Shown piece by piece: positions 12,024 through 27,124 of a DNA stretch of 64,000 nucleotides. A model generated the notes under the pieces. The model saw nothing but the letters and a program-made list of their open reading frames with translations, was not told the origin of the DNA and searched no databases. The DNA is taken from assembly GCA_021613535.1 (NCBI GenBank), contig CP075493.1, positions 15,748,001-15,812,000 on the forward strand. Direction: 5' to 3'. Position 1 is the first letter of the stretch. Each line of letters begins with the position of its first letter. The position numbers and the translations under genes were made by a program. Source of the stretch: Adineta vaga (lineage: Eukaryota; Animalia; Rotifera).

Positions 12024-13777
12024 TTATTGACGAATTAAATCAAATCTTTGTATTCGATCATTTCCATAATCAGCAACATAAAGATTTCGTTCGATATCAA
12101 ATAATAAACCAGTAGGACAATACAATTGATATAATTCATATCCTTGACCATATTCACCAATGACAATTTCACCTTCTTTCTTGCCTTCACACCAACGCAT
12201 TATTCGATGATTATAACAATCTGCCACATAAACTTCACTCGAATCACCAACAATTAATCCAAGAGGACGATAAAATTGGTTAAGATCATCTCCATGACCA
12301 TTTCCACCAGCAACAATAATTCCTTCTCGAGCATCTTTTCTCCATTTCATTACACGATGATTTTTCGCATCCGAAACATAAACTGATTGGTCATTATCAA
12401 CAAAGATGAAAGTAGGTTCATTCAATTGATTTAATCGATTGCCACATCCATTTCCACCAGCTACTAATTTTCCTACTGTTTCTCCAATTTTCCATCTTCT
12501 TACTTCATTCTTACAATAATCAGAAATATAAAGAAATTCATCTTTATCTATCGTTAAATGAGAACATTTTATATTTTCGATGAGTATTTCTTGTTGATTC
12601 TGATTTCGCCGCCATCGAACTACTCGATCATTTCCGTAATCATTAATAATGAGTGAATTTGATTGTTCATGAAGAATAACATGTGTTGGATGATATAACT
12701 GATCCAATCTTTTTCCTTCTCCTTTTCCACCAGCAACAACTATTCCTTGTTTTGCATCACATGACCATTGAACAATTCGATGATTTTTATAATCAGCAAT
12801 AAATATAGTTTTGTTTTTATCGATGAAGATTCCTTCAGGTTCATAAAGTTGTTTTAATTGATCTCCATATCCATTTCCTCCAGCAACAGTTTTTCCTAGT
12901 GATTTCCATATTGGAAATTTAGTTTCTAACAAACATAATTGTTGTGAATAGAAACTATAATAAAAGAATCAAAAGTTTACTTACGAGATGATTGCGATGG
13001 TGTTGGATGTTGGTTGGAAATAGGTTTATCATCTTTTGCAATTGCTAAATTTTCTATCAATGGTAAAGAAACTTCAAAAGGTGGTGCAAGTGTTTCATAT
13101 GGTGGAATTTGTTCTCTTAAATGAATTATAAATAATTCATTTGCTACTTTGCATTTACTCACAACTTTAAAATAAGTTCCAGGTAAAAGAAGGATTTCAT
13201 TTTCTTTCTTAAAATATGAATGAGATCGAATTGATTTACCATTTAAACATTCAATATTGAATATCGTTCGTTCATGATCATTCTTTATAAATTTTTCAAT
13301 AACTTTGATTGTTTCAGTACAAGAACTTAATCCCCACCAAAAATGATCTTCCTTATATTGATCTGAAATGTTTTCACGTACACCACGCCATATGGTTCCC
13401 TTATACGATGGAAGTTTATATAAAGCAGTTAAAAGTAACTTAAGAAAAAGAAACCATTCTTTTAAAGTATCTCGATCATGAGAACGAAGTTTTTCATTAA
13501 GTAATTTAAATAAACTTGGATGTGGTTGAGGCCATTGCATTGTATATAAATGAATCGAAGCTGATTCATCTTGTGTTAAACCATCAAGAGGATCTCTTGA
13601 ATTTCTCAATGCAATTTCAATCATTATATCAATATCATAAAATAATGATCTGATTGGTTGCATAGATTCTTTTAATGAAACAAGTTGATATTTTTCATAA
13701 CCTCGAATTGGTATCAATGCTTCATCTGGCTCTTTATCAGCATCAAGAAAACGTGCAGGAATATTTTCTTCGCTCAT
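12024..13777 (-). CDS. NAD:arginine ADP-ribosyltransferase (ARTC, R-S-E) + NHL-repeat beta-propeller; exons 13777-12985 and 12925-12024
   Basis: ART motifs WRGV, WWGLSSCT and KENEILLLPG. A 59-nt GT-AG intron (12984-12926) fuses this in frame to NHL repeats (VAGGNG.G..LNQL..P..I...D..NHR). Confidence 0.88.
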
Positions 13778-14416
13778 TAATAAATTAATCGTAAAAAAAA
13801 TTATCCTTGACAATAGTATACAAAGATATGTTGCTTCACGTTTGTTTCAAGATATATCTTTTCTGATATTTGCTTTATATATGTGCTCGCTATAAGTGAG
13901 TGTACCTAATGATAAGAACGACGTAAGATTGTCTTCTTACATTAAATACAATCTCTTAAATCTTTTATTCATATTGACATAAAAATTCAAAGGTGCATCA
14001 TCATTGATATCATAAATTTTCGTCTAGAAAAATCTTCGTTATATATAGATGAACATTGTATTGATCAAGCGATACCATAACATATTCAAATAGGAAAAAT
14101 AATTTGATATGATCACATCTTACATGATGATATTCTTATTATTTTTGTAGATTTTTTTCGTGTACTTAAATTCATTCTAGTCCATTCACATTTCGTCTTA
14201 TTCGATCTTGTTTAACATTTTTTTCTCGTAAAACAAGATGTCCTTATCATTTTCTCCCTCAGACAAAAGAAATACTATTAACGGTTAGTACTTGTAATCC
14301 ATTGCTTCATGCGTCCTTGTAATATTTATATATATGTCTCAATTGACGTCGGAATTTAGTTGAGTTTAGAATGCCTAAAAAAGAAAAACAGAATAAAAAT
14401 AAAATCGATTGTTTCA

Positions 14417-14460
14417 TCTTGAGAGTGTGGATGTAGTTGAGAGTATAGAGTCCACACTCT
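14417..14460. repeat. Telomere-like hairpin element
   Basis: TCTTGAGAGTGTGGA...TCCACACTCT. Confidence 0.7.
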
Positions 14461-14615
14461 GTTTTGTCCTGTCTTACAGATATAAGAGGACGGCGCCACT
14501 GCACTGTTATTTCAATAAACAAATCAACATTTTCCTCAAAGCATGTTATCATTGTGTGTAGCGTTGGATGAATTAGATATATACTTACACGAACGAAATA
14601 ACATCATACGTTTAG

Positions 14616-16135
14616 TCAGCCTAATGCACAATCAATTGAACACCGACGATTAAATACACTTGGTTGAACTCGATGATTACCGTAATCAGCCACATAAATA
14701 AATGTTTCACTTGGATCGAGAGCAACATCACCTGGAATATCAAGTAGTAGAGGTGTGTTACCTGTTACATCTGTAGTTCTAGCAAAAATGGCATCTTGTG
14801 TAGCATTCATTTGCCAATTCATCACTCGATGATTGCCTTGATCACCTACATAAATCGATTGATGTTTCAAAGATACACAAATTCCTGATGGATATTTCAG
14901 TTGATTGAATCCTGTACCAAATCCATTACCACCCACGACTGTAATACCTGTTGTATTAACTCCCAAAAAGAATTTCTGTACACGATTATTATTATTATAA
15001 TCAACAACGTAGAGTGTCGAATGAATTTCATCAAGAAAAATAAACTTTGAGCCATTAAGTAAACTATTGCTACTACCTACTGTATTGAGTTTTCCAGTCA
15101 CTACACCACCTGTAGTTGCATTTGATACCCATTTTGAAACTACGTGACAAGCAAAATCAGATATATAAATATTTCCATTTTTATCAACAGCGATTACATA
15201 AGGTGAATAAATTGAAGATAAATTACATGGATAAAGTCTAGAGATTGGAAGAGTTATATTTATTGGTGAAACAAATACATCACCGGCACCGATAGCAGCT
15301 GTGTAAACATATTCCAAATTATCTTCAAAAACGTCTTTAATAGCTCTATTCAATGCCGCAATTGTTATTCCAGAACGAGACAATGAAGAATAAGTTTGTA
15401 CTCGATCAGTATTATAATCAGTTACATAGAGTGTATTATCCGACGTAACATGAAGACCCCATGGACCCGATAAACCTTTAACTCCACCACCACTTGCTGC
15501 ATTACCAAACCGAGCAACTGTCATTCCGCTATCAACATAATAAGTATAAATGATTAAAAGACAAATAATCTTTTCAATAGAATATATTTACTTGCTTGAT
15601 TTAAACATTGATAAATAGAATTACATTCAATATCTCGACATTCAAATCCAAGATCTGATCCATAAACATCAATCGTTTCACATGATTGATTGAAATATCG
15701 TTGAGGTAAACATAAATTTCCATTCTAATACGTCATTGAAGTTGAATCACATATTTCATAACGACTCTTAGCATGTTTATCACACGGTTGATTATGAAGA
15801 GAAAGATATATATTTGATGTCATTTGAATCATACCCACTTTTGATCGAGGTTTCGATGGTATATCAAGAGAAATCATACCAGTTGTTAAATCATCAGACC
15901 ACAATCGACATTCACCTGGATCTTGATCAAATTCAAATAAACGACAAGCTATTCTTTGATTGCATTCCAAATGACAACGAAGAATATTTGTTTGAATAGG
16001 AGTAAGAAAAGGACCCATTCTATTGTCATTGGGTACAAATATATAACCATAATCACTTGAACGAACGATTGATCGATCTTGATAAGTCAAATCAATGCAA
16101 GAGAAACTAAGCAAGAAGAAAACAATAATGAACAT
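14616..16135 (-). pseudogene. Secreted PAN/Apple + Cys-rich + NHL-repeat protein, probably disabled
   Basis: Signal peptide and PAN (CHLECNQRIAC...CRLW) in ORF 15725-16135, which stops inside a Cys-rich module that continues beyond the stop. NHL repeats lie in 14616-15524 with an aberrant C-terminus. Confidence 0.65.
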
Positions 16136-17684
16136 TTTGTGATTTTTTTTTGGACTTTATGATTGAAAATAAATAAAGCGATGTACTTTATAATGTGCTT
16201 TAAACAAATAGCAAAAAAAACATAATTACATAAAGTGCTGTGAAAGAATATTTTTCCTTTTTAAATTAATTCAAATTATCAGAACGATAATATAACACTC
16301 TACATAACAGACTTTGTACTTATTTTGTAAATAATATAAATGTACTCGGTTAACTTTAGTAATATCAATGCTTCTAAATCTTTATACATTTATTATTTCT
16401 TAGCTAATCTTATAGTCATGAATTCTTCTTCTTTACATGTTTCTAATAGACATCAAAGAATGTTCTTAAAATTAGTTGATTGTCAGACAATATTTGGAAC
16501 GAATCGATTTTTGGATTATTTTGATTAGAGTATTTTCGCTTGAAAAAAATCGTATAGATTTCTTAGCATTTCATAAATTCTATCGAAAACGTTGTGGTCG
16601 AATTGAAAAACAATCTGTAATAGAAATAAGGTACATATTTTTCACTTTATAATAATTATCAATCTTGTAAAAACCTTTTTCTTCTATTTGTGCTTTAATT
16701 TCCAGTATTCATAATTCATCAATTTACTCTAGTTAATGACAAAATTTTTGATGTTATGAGTACTTTAGGAGAACTTTCAATCTTTCAAATTAACCCACGT
16801 ATATCAAGTATTTTCATGTATGTTTTAAGTCGAATTTTTCTTTTATATTTTATTAATAGTTTTCAATTTCAAATTAAAAATATATTTCAAAGATTTTTTT
16901 CGAGCGATCCTCGCCATTGGTTAGCTTAGTTTTTTCTAAGGACTCAATAGATTCCTTTGAGATAGCAGTCTACGAGATAGAATTGAAATTTTGTATTCAG
17001 AGACCAAGTTGCCCAGATATGTCTCAGATGACCAGTAGTTTTCGAGGTTTCCTAAATATCTGGCCTTGTAGGTAGTTAAAAGAACTATCAATTGGTAAAA
17101 ACCTGATCTCCGTAGTTATTTATATCGTTGAGTTATTATGCAAATATTGATGTGTGTATCTATCATATACATCTATCTTATATATTTATAAAGTTGCTTA
17201 CGACTGTAATCCTGATAGATACAAACACAAATATTCATCGGAAAACAAGCCATGAGGAATCGTACTCAACGAAAAGATTTTTCCTGATAATTTTGATGCG
17301 CAGATAGTCCAGCATGAATCATCTCTCTCATATACTTTTTGCAGTACACATAACTTCCGGATGAAATCCGAAGTTTCCACATTCATTCTTTGTCAAATTA
17401 ATTCGACTTTAAAAACTGTATGTTGTTTTTGTTTCCTAATATATTTTTGATTATTTAATTGAATAAATCACAAGACATCGACAAACAGCGAGCGAGACAC
17501 GAATAGTGAAATAGAAAGCGAATGTATGTTGATAGATGACTATGATATAAAAGCAAATATTTCTTTACAAAAAAAAGTTCTTCACACACAAAAAGCACAG
17601 AGTTACAATATTGAATTAGGAAATGATAATTATTTAACCAGAAAATATTGTTGAAAGACATCTTCTAATCAATTAAATTGTATG

Positions 17685-20600
17685 TCAACGAGTAAAAATC
17701 CGATTGATCATGCGTTTAGGCAGAATCTTTTTGATGATTATCAACAATGCTGCTTTATAAGTCTCTGATGGCAGAATGAATGCAAAGACTACCGACATCG
17801 ACGGTAAAAATCCGATGAGATAACTAAATACAATAAGAAGAGGACGTCGATCAACTTTGTTACACACAAAGATGAAAGTCAAAATGAGACGAGGTAAAGC
17901 GAGTAAACCAAGAATTGCAGGCGCAATGAGTATGTGCTTGTGTTTGCGAATTTGTTTTTTTATGTCTGCTAATAGTAAATTACCAGTCACGTTCTTATTA
18001 GCGGTTGGTTGTGCAGTTGCCTGTCGCTTCGATGAAAGAGTACCTATAATAATGATGACACTACTGACAAAATTAGAAATTATTGGCAGTAGAAATAACG
18101 AAACATTTAAAGTTGAATAAACGGTTAGAAAACTCGGTCGATCAGCATTGATAGTAAGTACACACCACTCTTGTTTGTCCTGCGTATCATTTACTATTCG
18201 ACGAAAAATTAATTCTGGCATGGAAATGAGACCGACTAGAATAAATACTGCTAGAATAACCCATTTGGCTGTGCTTTTACTTTTTGCAGTCTGGAATCGG
18301 GTTTTACGTGTAACAGCCATTGCTCGTTCGATGCCTACGGAAGCATTAAGCCATTCACAACATGCCGGACACCATTTTAATAGAAACTCAATGAGTGAAC
18401 AGCTAACGTTATTCTGCTTCTGACTGAACAAGAAGATTATTTTACACACAAGTGTTATCATATTGACCAACCCGATTAAAGATGAAAATAATAAATAACG
18501 ATCACAACCAGATTTTCGTACTTTTTCTTGAATAAATGTGCTCGTGGAGAGACCATTAAGTATCAATCCAAAAACGACCAAGATACAAACCAAAACAATA
18601 GTCCATTTAACCTCACTTGACTGGTAAAGAATACTAGTTGCAGTCGATAGTATATAGGAACCGATAATACCATCAAGCGAAAGAGTATAACCGGCCATTG
18701 AGAATTGACATATATTTCCGTAGCTGCATGGATCACAGAGGCACACAGAAGTAGTTGGACAAATTTCATGATCTTGGACACACATGCCTTGGCCACTACA
18801 CGTCTCTAATGGACATTGATACTTTGTTGTCTTGAAATTCAAACAATCTGTATGGTTGATCTTATTACATAAACACATGAGTTGATCATCGTAAAAACAC
18901 GGCAATCTCTTTCCTTTGTGTAAGTTTTCAAGACACAAACTTTGATAGCTCTTAACGCGTTGTAGTGGACGTTGAGCGAGAACAGTAGGATTCAATAGCT
19001 CTCGAATATGACGACATCGATTGGATGATTGTATTTTAGTATCTATCTCATTGAATTTATTGCAAGAATAGGTTGCACATAAAACCAAGAGATAATATTC
19101 AAATTGATCACGATCCTCATACAGTTGAATAAAAACAAGTGATGGCATTTCCGCAGAACTTTTGACAAAAAATGTAAAATTCGATATACCTCGATGAAGA
19201 CGCCGAAAATAGACTAAGTGACTAGGTTCGCCCAAAACTAGTTGTAAAAAAGTGTGAATGAATACAATTTTCGATGCTGGAATAGGAGTGTCTTTTGTGA
19301 ATGTTACATGAATTCGTGGTGCACGACTTTCACACCGTTTACCAACCCATTCTATATCACATAGACACTCAAATGTTTCGTACCTTCCAGATTCTAATTC
19401 GTTTATCGGTATACAGCGACCATTTCCACTACAAATAGCAGGAGTGCATGGATCGAACGGAATCAAACATCGGCTACCAATACGCCCCACTGGACATACA
19501 CATATATCTCGATTGAGTTGACTATCTTTTCCAAGACAGAGAGACTCGTTTGAACATGATGAACAACGACTGTTTTTGAACGTTATTTGCATTGTTTCTG
19601 ATACCTTTACTGTGTCAGGTATGATCAATCGCTTTGCTATTCGGTTGACTGGTAAAAATTCGAATGGAACAGAAAAATTCCATGACATACGATGTTCAAG
19701 TTGTTGGAATGTAAACACATGAATAAACACTGAATGATTGTAAAGTAGTGATGATTTGGTGATTGGATAGGGCAAATAGATTATATAGCGAGGCAAACAA
19801 TCAAATAATGGTTTGTAAATAACTTGTTCATATGAAATAATAGAACCGTTGTAATCATTACGTACTAAGAGAATGACAACTTTAAAGAATGATGATAGAG
19901 GATCGAGATGATCAATCGAGCCCATGATTCGTAGTTGAAGTATGAATACCAGTCGCCTACGCTGAAATTGACATCGATCACCATAGTACTGATCCTGACA
20001 GAAACAATAGAAACCAGGAGGATTAATCGATGAACGTATATGTATTCCACGGTTACAGCGCCAAAGAATAGAATCGTCGAGTAATGATCGACTTTGTCCA
20101 ATCTGACTTGCTATTATTTTTTCTGAACGCTGTTCCGGATAGCTTGGAAAATGCATGAGATTTATTGATTCTACGAACGTTCGATCGATGAGCTCGCAGA
20201 AGATTTCATCTTCACCGTCGCTACAGTGGAAGTTATTATCACAACGGGAAATATGATTACGTACAGAACCATCACGACAACGAAATAGGTCAATTTCACA
20301 GGATGACTCTTTTCCATTGGAGAGCCATTTGCATGCGGTAGTTTCATCATCATTTTCCGGGCAATCCTGATGACAATCGCAGACTTGAATAGGCGAAATA
20401 CACAGATCTGAATTTCGACATCGATAGCGACGCATAAGATTATCTTGATAATGGATACGACAGAATTGTCGTTCATCAACTGAGCCCAAACAATTGATGA
20501 CATCATCATTTGCTTTCGAAATCGACAAACATTTTGGATAGCCAGTCTGAGGATCAAAACACATATGTTGAGTCCGATTACAACCCATGGCTTGATACAA

Positions 20601-23600
20601 GAACGGAAAACAACCGATTTCATCACGTCCGTCTACAAGATTCCATGCACGATTGCATCTGGTATCAGATGCATTATGATACCATTGGGTCATGATACAG
20701 TTCGATTCATCCGTGTTATTATCCATATCGGGTATACTTTCAATGATCCCATTGCAAATGCGACCAAAAGTCAAGTTGAAACGAAGTGGTTCTTGGCGGT
20801 AGATCCGACATCTATCGGAATCTACGTCTATGCATGAATAACGATGGTAAGTACCCTCATCACTTCCATCGACGCAATTCCTCTATAGCAGTGCAAAAGT
20901 TTTCGATTATATTTTAAGACAAAAAAGATAGTAGACTATACAAGAGATATTGAAAGAAAAATAATCGTTTCAATTTGATTTAAAACTTATGCAACTAAAA
21001 AATCGCTAACTATTTTCGATATCGGCATTCCTTGCAAACAATTCTCCCAACAAATTCTAATACCGTGTATACTACGTTGTGTGTTTTTCTTATTTTGTAT
21101 GAATCTTCGAGTGTGTAAAGTGGAAATTTGATATATTTTATGCAATATAATACTCAGTAGACAGTATAATGTCTCTATAGTAGTCATCCAAGAACCGTTT
21201 CAAAGTGTCCACTATACGCAGGTGTCCACATAGGAAGATTAAACTGTATCTTTGCTTATTCTTTTTATCATATTATCGAAATTTTCTAGCATTGAGCCTG
21301 TAGTTTGGCGTTTTCTTAATTTGAGTCCAAAAGACAATCTAATGGTTTTCGAACGAGAGAAGTTACTATACAACTTATGAATAGTTGTGCAAAGGTTCTT
21401 CTAAAACTCATGGTGAAAACAATAGCCTCAGTTCAGCTACCATTCAGTTTCATGCATTCAAAATGAACTTCAAAAACCGGTTTGAAATCACTCGTATAGA
21501 TTATAAACAAAACTATATTTACGTAGTAGAGACGAAAGCTATAGGAAAAATTTTCATCGAGACCAGGACGGAATAGTTGTGAAACAAATGATAACCCAGG
21601 AAGATCTACAAATTTGGAATTGATAATACCAGCAGATAAAGCTCGTTGAGCCAAATCTCTTCACCAATCGATTTGTGAGGTGATTTGGCTTTTCCTATAT
21701 AGGAAAAAATAATATTCATCAGAAAGTCTTTTTTAGCCATTTTGGGTTTCTGTGGGTCTTCGTAGAATCGGTTCAACGGACTCTATCTATTGGTATTATC
21801 AATTTCCAATTTAGGCATCATTGTGAGTCTTCGCTTGTTTTACAAATACTCGACAACGACAGGAAAAGTTTCACCTTGCAGCTCTCTAAACGGCGTCTGT
21901 GTCTATCCATTGGAAATAAATTTTAAAAGAGAAAGATAACTATTCTCTATCAGTTTCATTATCGTAGACTTAACAGAATAATTCAGACAGGCTAGCACAA
22001 AATTCGGCCGTCGTTTATTGGTATTTGTCGAGCTCTAGATTAACTTAGCCTGATAACCTGTTATAAATTTCTGCGTGTGAGTTTCTCCCTGAACACTAAT
22101 ATCACTGCGGTCAGTGTCACAGTGAGGAACAACGCATACATTATGGTGAATTGTCTACGCAGGAATCAGTTTGAAAATAGATTGTAGTAAAATCAACAAC
22201 AGAAGCACTGATCAAAGATTGACCATTTAAGCAAAAATAATCTGTTTGCAGTCTCACACTTCGACCTGATAAATACTCACGATTTCATTGTCGATGGCCG
22301 ATGTATGAATACACCTTGCTCCACTATCGCACCTATATCTAGAAGGTAAATTTAAGAAACATGTGTTTGTTTGATGTTCGTCTTCGCCATTTGCACAATC
22401 GTATGTACCATCAGAAAGTCGATGGCGTGAGATAGAAGTTATATTATCATGGCATTGAAACAATGCAGATTGATTACCACTAGCATGTGGAGAATAGATA
22501 AGTGCACAAGAGTGCACCAAGCGTTTGATATCTTTAATCATAGCAGCGAAATTATCGTATGTCTGGTTTGTAAATGTGTCAAATGTTCGACATAATAAAC
22601 CATGAAGCCAAAGTAAGTTTGTCGTATTCTGACTCTTAGCGAGATATGAGCATATAGTCTCATTGAAACAGATCGATACTGGTGTGTTTTTATTGTATGT
22701 GAGAACTACGTGTGCAAAAAGAATGAATGTTGACGATGGCATTTTTTTTAAGTAAAGAATATCTCGTGGATATCTAGGACAGCCATCTATTGTACTTGGT
22801 CCATCATAACAGTATCCATCACCGCATGAAAATTCTGATCGGTAACATAATCGGTCTTCACAGGCATAAGTAATTCGATCGCTGCAGTCATAGTTTCCCC
22901 GTGGTGTTTCATCAGATCCATCCATACAGTCGAACTCACCATCAAAGTAAAACACTTTGTCAATACATAATCCATTTAAACAACGAAATTCCGTAATAGG
23001 ATCGCATTCATTATACTCAAGTGTATCACATTGATATTCATCCAACCCATTAGCACAATCGATTTTACCTATGAAGATATTTTTCCTATCAGTTATCTAT
23101 ATTTGCATCTCAAACATTTATTCTACGAGATGAAAAGATAATGGAAACTTCGCATATAGATGAGATCTGTCTGGGTAGAAAAAATGTCTCATTTCGATGT
23201 GTGTTGCAAAATAGGGACATTTTAATGGCACAGTAATATCTCAGTAAGGATGCGTTCGTTCTGTCTCAAATTCGGGGAAGTTTCTAATATTTATAAGACC
23301 TATCTATGGATGAAAATTTAGTTCGTTATTTGATCATTCAAGTATTCAGAAGAATCTTATAGTCATAAGCCAAAATCCAGTAATCGTTTGTGCGCATGTT
23401 CTGTCAAAAAGCGATTGGACACAGGAAAACGTTCTCTCATGAGCAGAGATGTGAGGTTTACGGACAGGCGGAGGCGCAGAAGGAGAGGAGAGAGGTATTT
23501 TCACAGCTACTAAGGATGAGAGTGTGAGTGAGGGTGTTGATCATGGTATCTCTTCTTCACCCACACCTTCAACTCCGAATCGAAACAGTTGTTTTTCAAA

Positions 23601-26366
23601 GCTAACTGGTGTATTCTGTACACCATCCCTAAGGTTATAAAATCTTTACTCGAAGTTTTCCTAAACGACGTGACAGTTTTGTTAGCACTGTGACAGAGTA
23701 CGTCTGAGCAACTGAAAAAATACTCTTATAATCTAGTGAGAAGTTCCAAACCAATTTCAAAGTATATAAATGCTTCTTCAGACTCACTAGATTATGATGA
23801 AATAAAACTTTCCTTTTCAAAACTTCATGGGACATCCAAAGAGTCAATTTTCTGGAGATATTTTACCATTTATGTGACTTGTGTTATATAGTTCATTCTG
23901 AAACTTTACGATTGTTTTCTCATATGGTTAGAGAGATATTCGCTCATTACTCTTTAGCTAATTAGTTTTAATTAATATTCAAGCGAAAGCGACCATTTTT
24001 ATATGTATATGCTAAAAGCAATTATTCAGAAAAAAACCTCGTTTAAGGCTCCCCACCATGCGCTATCTATTTCCGGTATTTTTTCTTACAACAAATTATT
24101 GAAGTGTTTTTGAACTGCACAAGAATGTTAGTATAAGACATAAAGAATCTTCGTCATCTACTCAACAGTTTTGTATTTTCGAAATTTGTTCCATATTGTT
24201 CACTCCAGAAAAACCGGCTCAGTATATCGAAATGAAGAGCAGAGCTTGCTCTACGACTGAACACAACATGATTTGTTTTGTCTTCGTTAGATATTTTTCT
24301 AGTTTTCTGTATATCTTTTTTAGACATCATCATTCCATTTGATTACTCGATAATTTATCATAGACACTTTTCGAAAAAACAGTTTAAAAGAGACAAAACA
24401 TCCGGCTTTGTTAAGTTGTAGAGCAAGCTCTGCTCTTCATTTCGATATACTGAGCCGGTTTTTCTGGAGTGAACAATAAGGGACAAATTTCGAAAATGCA
24501 AAACTGTTGAGTAGATGACGAAGATTCTTTATGTCTTATACTAACATTCTTGTGCAGTTCAAAAACACTTCAATAATTTGTTGTAAGAAAAATACCTAAA
24601 ATAGACATCAAAGGCTAGGTGAGGGCGGCTTAAGAATATAAAATAAAATGAGATTTTCTTACGTAAGTTCAAACTACATGTCTATATCGATATACACTTT
24701 AAAACTTTTTTTGCATTTTTCTCAAACTCCAGTTTTTCACGCCAGGCGTTCACTTTTATCACATACAGCTCTCCTTTAGCTTTGTTTGAATGAGATAAAA
24801 TTTTTACCACAGAAACTTTGAAATATTCTCTACCCAAGCCGACAAGAATTTTGAAAAACGCATCTTTTCAAAATCTTCTCCGGCTTCGCTAGAAGTAGTA
24901 TCAGCCGTGTTTGTTTTTGATCTTGCCATCCCGATTATAGGTTTTCTAAAGTTGAGAAATCTGGTTTTCGAAAATCTTTTTCGTAGTTTTGATATTAAGA
25001 CTAAAGTAAAGGATATTTTTGAAAACGGCCAAAACCACCTCTGGATAATAGATAAAAGTATCACTACTAAAAATTTCAGCTCGATTGGACAAAGATAAAG
25101 GGAAGTTTTGCGTGTCCTAACTTTCGATGGAGAATCTGCTAAGCACAAACAAAAAGTTCTTAAGAATAGTTTTCTTTGACGTTAAACGTTGATAAACGTC
25201 TCAAAGCGATTCAACAACACGTTCAATCTAGGCTGTTCAAACGCCGGTCGGAACATCAACCTATAGCTTATGTATGGCACAAATTATAAATTTCTTTCAA
25301 ATTTAGCCTAAGAAAAAGAAAGGCGGTGAGACCCTTAAGGACTATCTAGAATATGATCTCTTAGTAATGGGAAATCATTTTTAATTTACAGTTATGATAT
25401 CAGATCTTTGGCAATCGAAATGGCTAACTTCATAAAAGAAGTACTATTTCTCGAAAACAAAGGTACTTTTTGGAGTTTGATCAAAATTTTTGGGGCTGGT
25501 AAATCCGAATCTATACGATTTTTAAAAATTCGTGGTATCTTTATTTCCAAGAAATAGTCTTTTCTTAATGAAAATCTCAAGATCGAAAAAATTTTGATCA
25601 AACTTTTCATTACGTTTTACTCGGTATCTAGTACATAAATGTGGGTAAAGCTAACTTTCGGCCCCTAAAGAAAAGAACTCATTTACTCACCATCACATAT
25701 TTCTCGCCAATCTAAGCATAAGACCGACTGACATTCGCTACCATTCAGCTCATAACATGTGCCGTTTGTGATCGAAAAAATATTTTCCGGTACCTCATAT
25801 CTGTCTTCAAGTCGTTCCAAGATGAAATCCATTGGTTCGCTATCGGAATCATATGCATACTCACAGTTGCTCCCGAACCACACATTGCCTTGATTTGAAC
25901 AATTGACAAATAATCCAGTCTCACTACCCGATTTATATTCTTCGATTACATCGAATGGCGCATACCACTCGAAGAGCTCTCTAGCCGAGATGTTCATTTC
26001 ACGCAAATATTTAAACGGGAGTGGTACACCATTGACTATATCTTCCTTAGGCATCACGAGTTGGTTGTTCTTACTTGTAGACCAACGACAATAGTAATGA
26101 GTTTCATGAACTGGAGTGTAGCGATGTGTTACTGCAGTCGATTGAAATATGTGCACAGCCTTAAAACAATCAAAAGCAGCATTATCTTTGCTACGTACCG
26201 TATCATACAGTCGAATATTAACTGAATTTACGGACGAAACGCGCCCATAAAATAATAAAAGAAGAATACTCAGCAACATCTGCTTTCGAAAAAAGTGGTT
26301 GCGCGTAAAGTTTGATCCATATAATAGTTCCATACTCATACTGACAAGATCTAACATAGTTTTCAT
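17685..26366 (-). CDS. Giant LDL-receptor class A / EGF-repeat ectodomain 7TM GPCR; exons ~26366(or 26282)-25691, 23068-22281 and 20882-17685
   Basis: Splice junctions restore LDLa repeats (ICD-G|GKIDCANGLDE; DNEI|RNCVDGSDE). Multiple LDLa and EGF motifs, and a C-terminal 7TM with SVGIERAMAV. Confidence 0.85.
23517..23572. repeat. Telomere-like hairpin element (intronic copy)
   Basis: TGAGAGTGTGAGTGAGGGTG...GGTATCTCTTCTTCACCCACACCTTCAA. Confidence 0.8.
24047..24629. mobile_element. TTAA-flanked foldback MITE (Kolobok/T2-like) in an intron
   Basis: About 175-bp near-perfect inverted arms (~24079-24254 vs ~24418-24592), with TTAA at 24043-24046 and 24630-24633. Confidence 0.8.
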
Positions 26367-27078
26367 GACTGAATCTTAGCTTTACAGATGAAGAAAAAAG
26401 TTTGTTAATTTTCACCCTCTTCCTTTGTTGATTATGTAAAAAGGGTGCCAGATGCACCTGTAAATATCAAAGTACGTCAGCGTTCATTCTTACGTCATTA
26501 CATGCTGTTATACCTCAAATAGGATAGTCAACATCAAATTTGTATGCGTCAATATTCGATTCATGCTTCGGAAATTATAACTCGACAAACATTTTGAAAA
26601 AATATTCTTTATTCCGAGTATGCTCGTTGCCATCAATTCTAAGAAATCAGATTTTGAAAACTTCAATATTAGTTTTCATAATCGGTATACAAAAGAGTAA
26701 ATAAGTTCTTTAATCGAATATATTTTTAAGCATGGCATAAAGATCTTGAAACCGTTTTTCCAATTCTCATTTTCTTTTCTACCAAGTAGTGACGCATTCA
26801 ATATCATTTGCGGATAGATGTGGGTGAGAGTGTCGATTTGTTCAGGCTTTTGAACTCGAAAGAAGTGCAAATATGCATTTTAGTTTCGGTACCATAAAAT
26901 AATAATCGGAAACCAAAAAAATATATGTTCCGAAATAACTATAGAGTCGAATCAAGCAATAGGAAATAATAAAAGCGTTTCCTTGTTGAATATTCATAGT
27001 TAGAAGTACTACGATTGAATTGTATTACATCTGAAAAGCCAACCTACATCGATCTTGATGGTGAAAGAAGATGTCAAT

Positions 27079-27124
27079 GAGAGTGTGTGAGAGAGATAGA
27101 TACAATACCAACACTCACAACTCA
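27079..27124. repeat. Telomere-like hairpin element, degenerate
   Basis: GAGAGTGTGTGAGAGAGATAGATAC...ACACTCACAACTCA (core in reverse orientation). Confidence 0.55.

Noticed and set aside
17857-20837. Several antisense or alternative-frame ORFs within the LDLa-GPCR exon (similar cases inside other long genes)
   Set aside because: Shadow ORFs with no recognisable motifs.
24634-25670. Additional MITE-like ends in intron 1 (e.g. GGTGAGACCCTTAA, GCTAACTTTCGGCCCC)
   Set aside because: Partner termini could not be identified with confidence.
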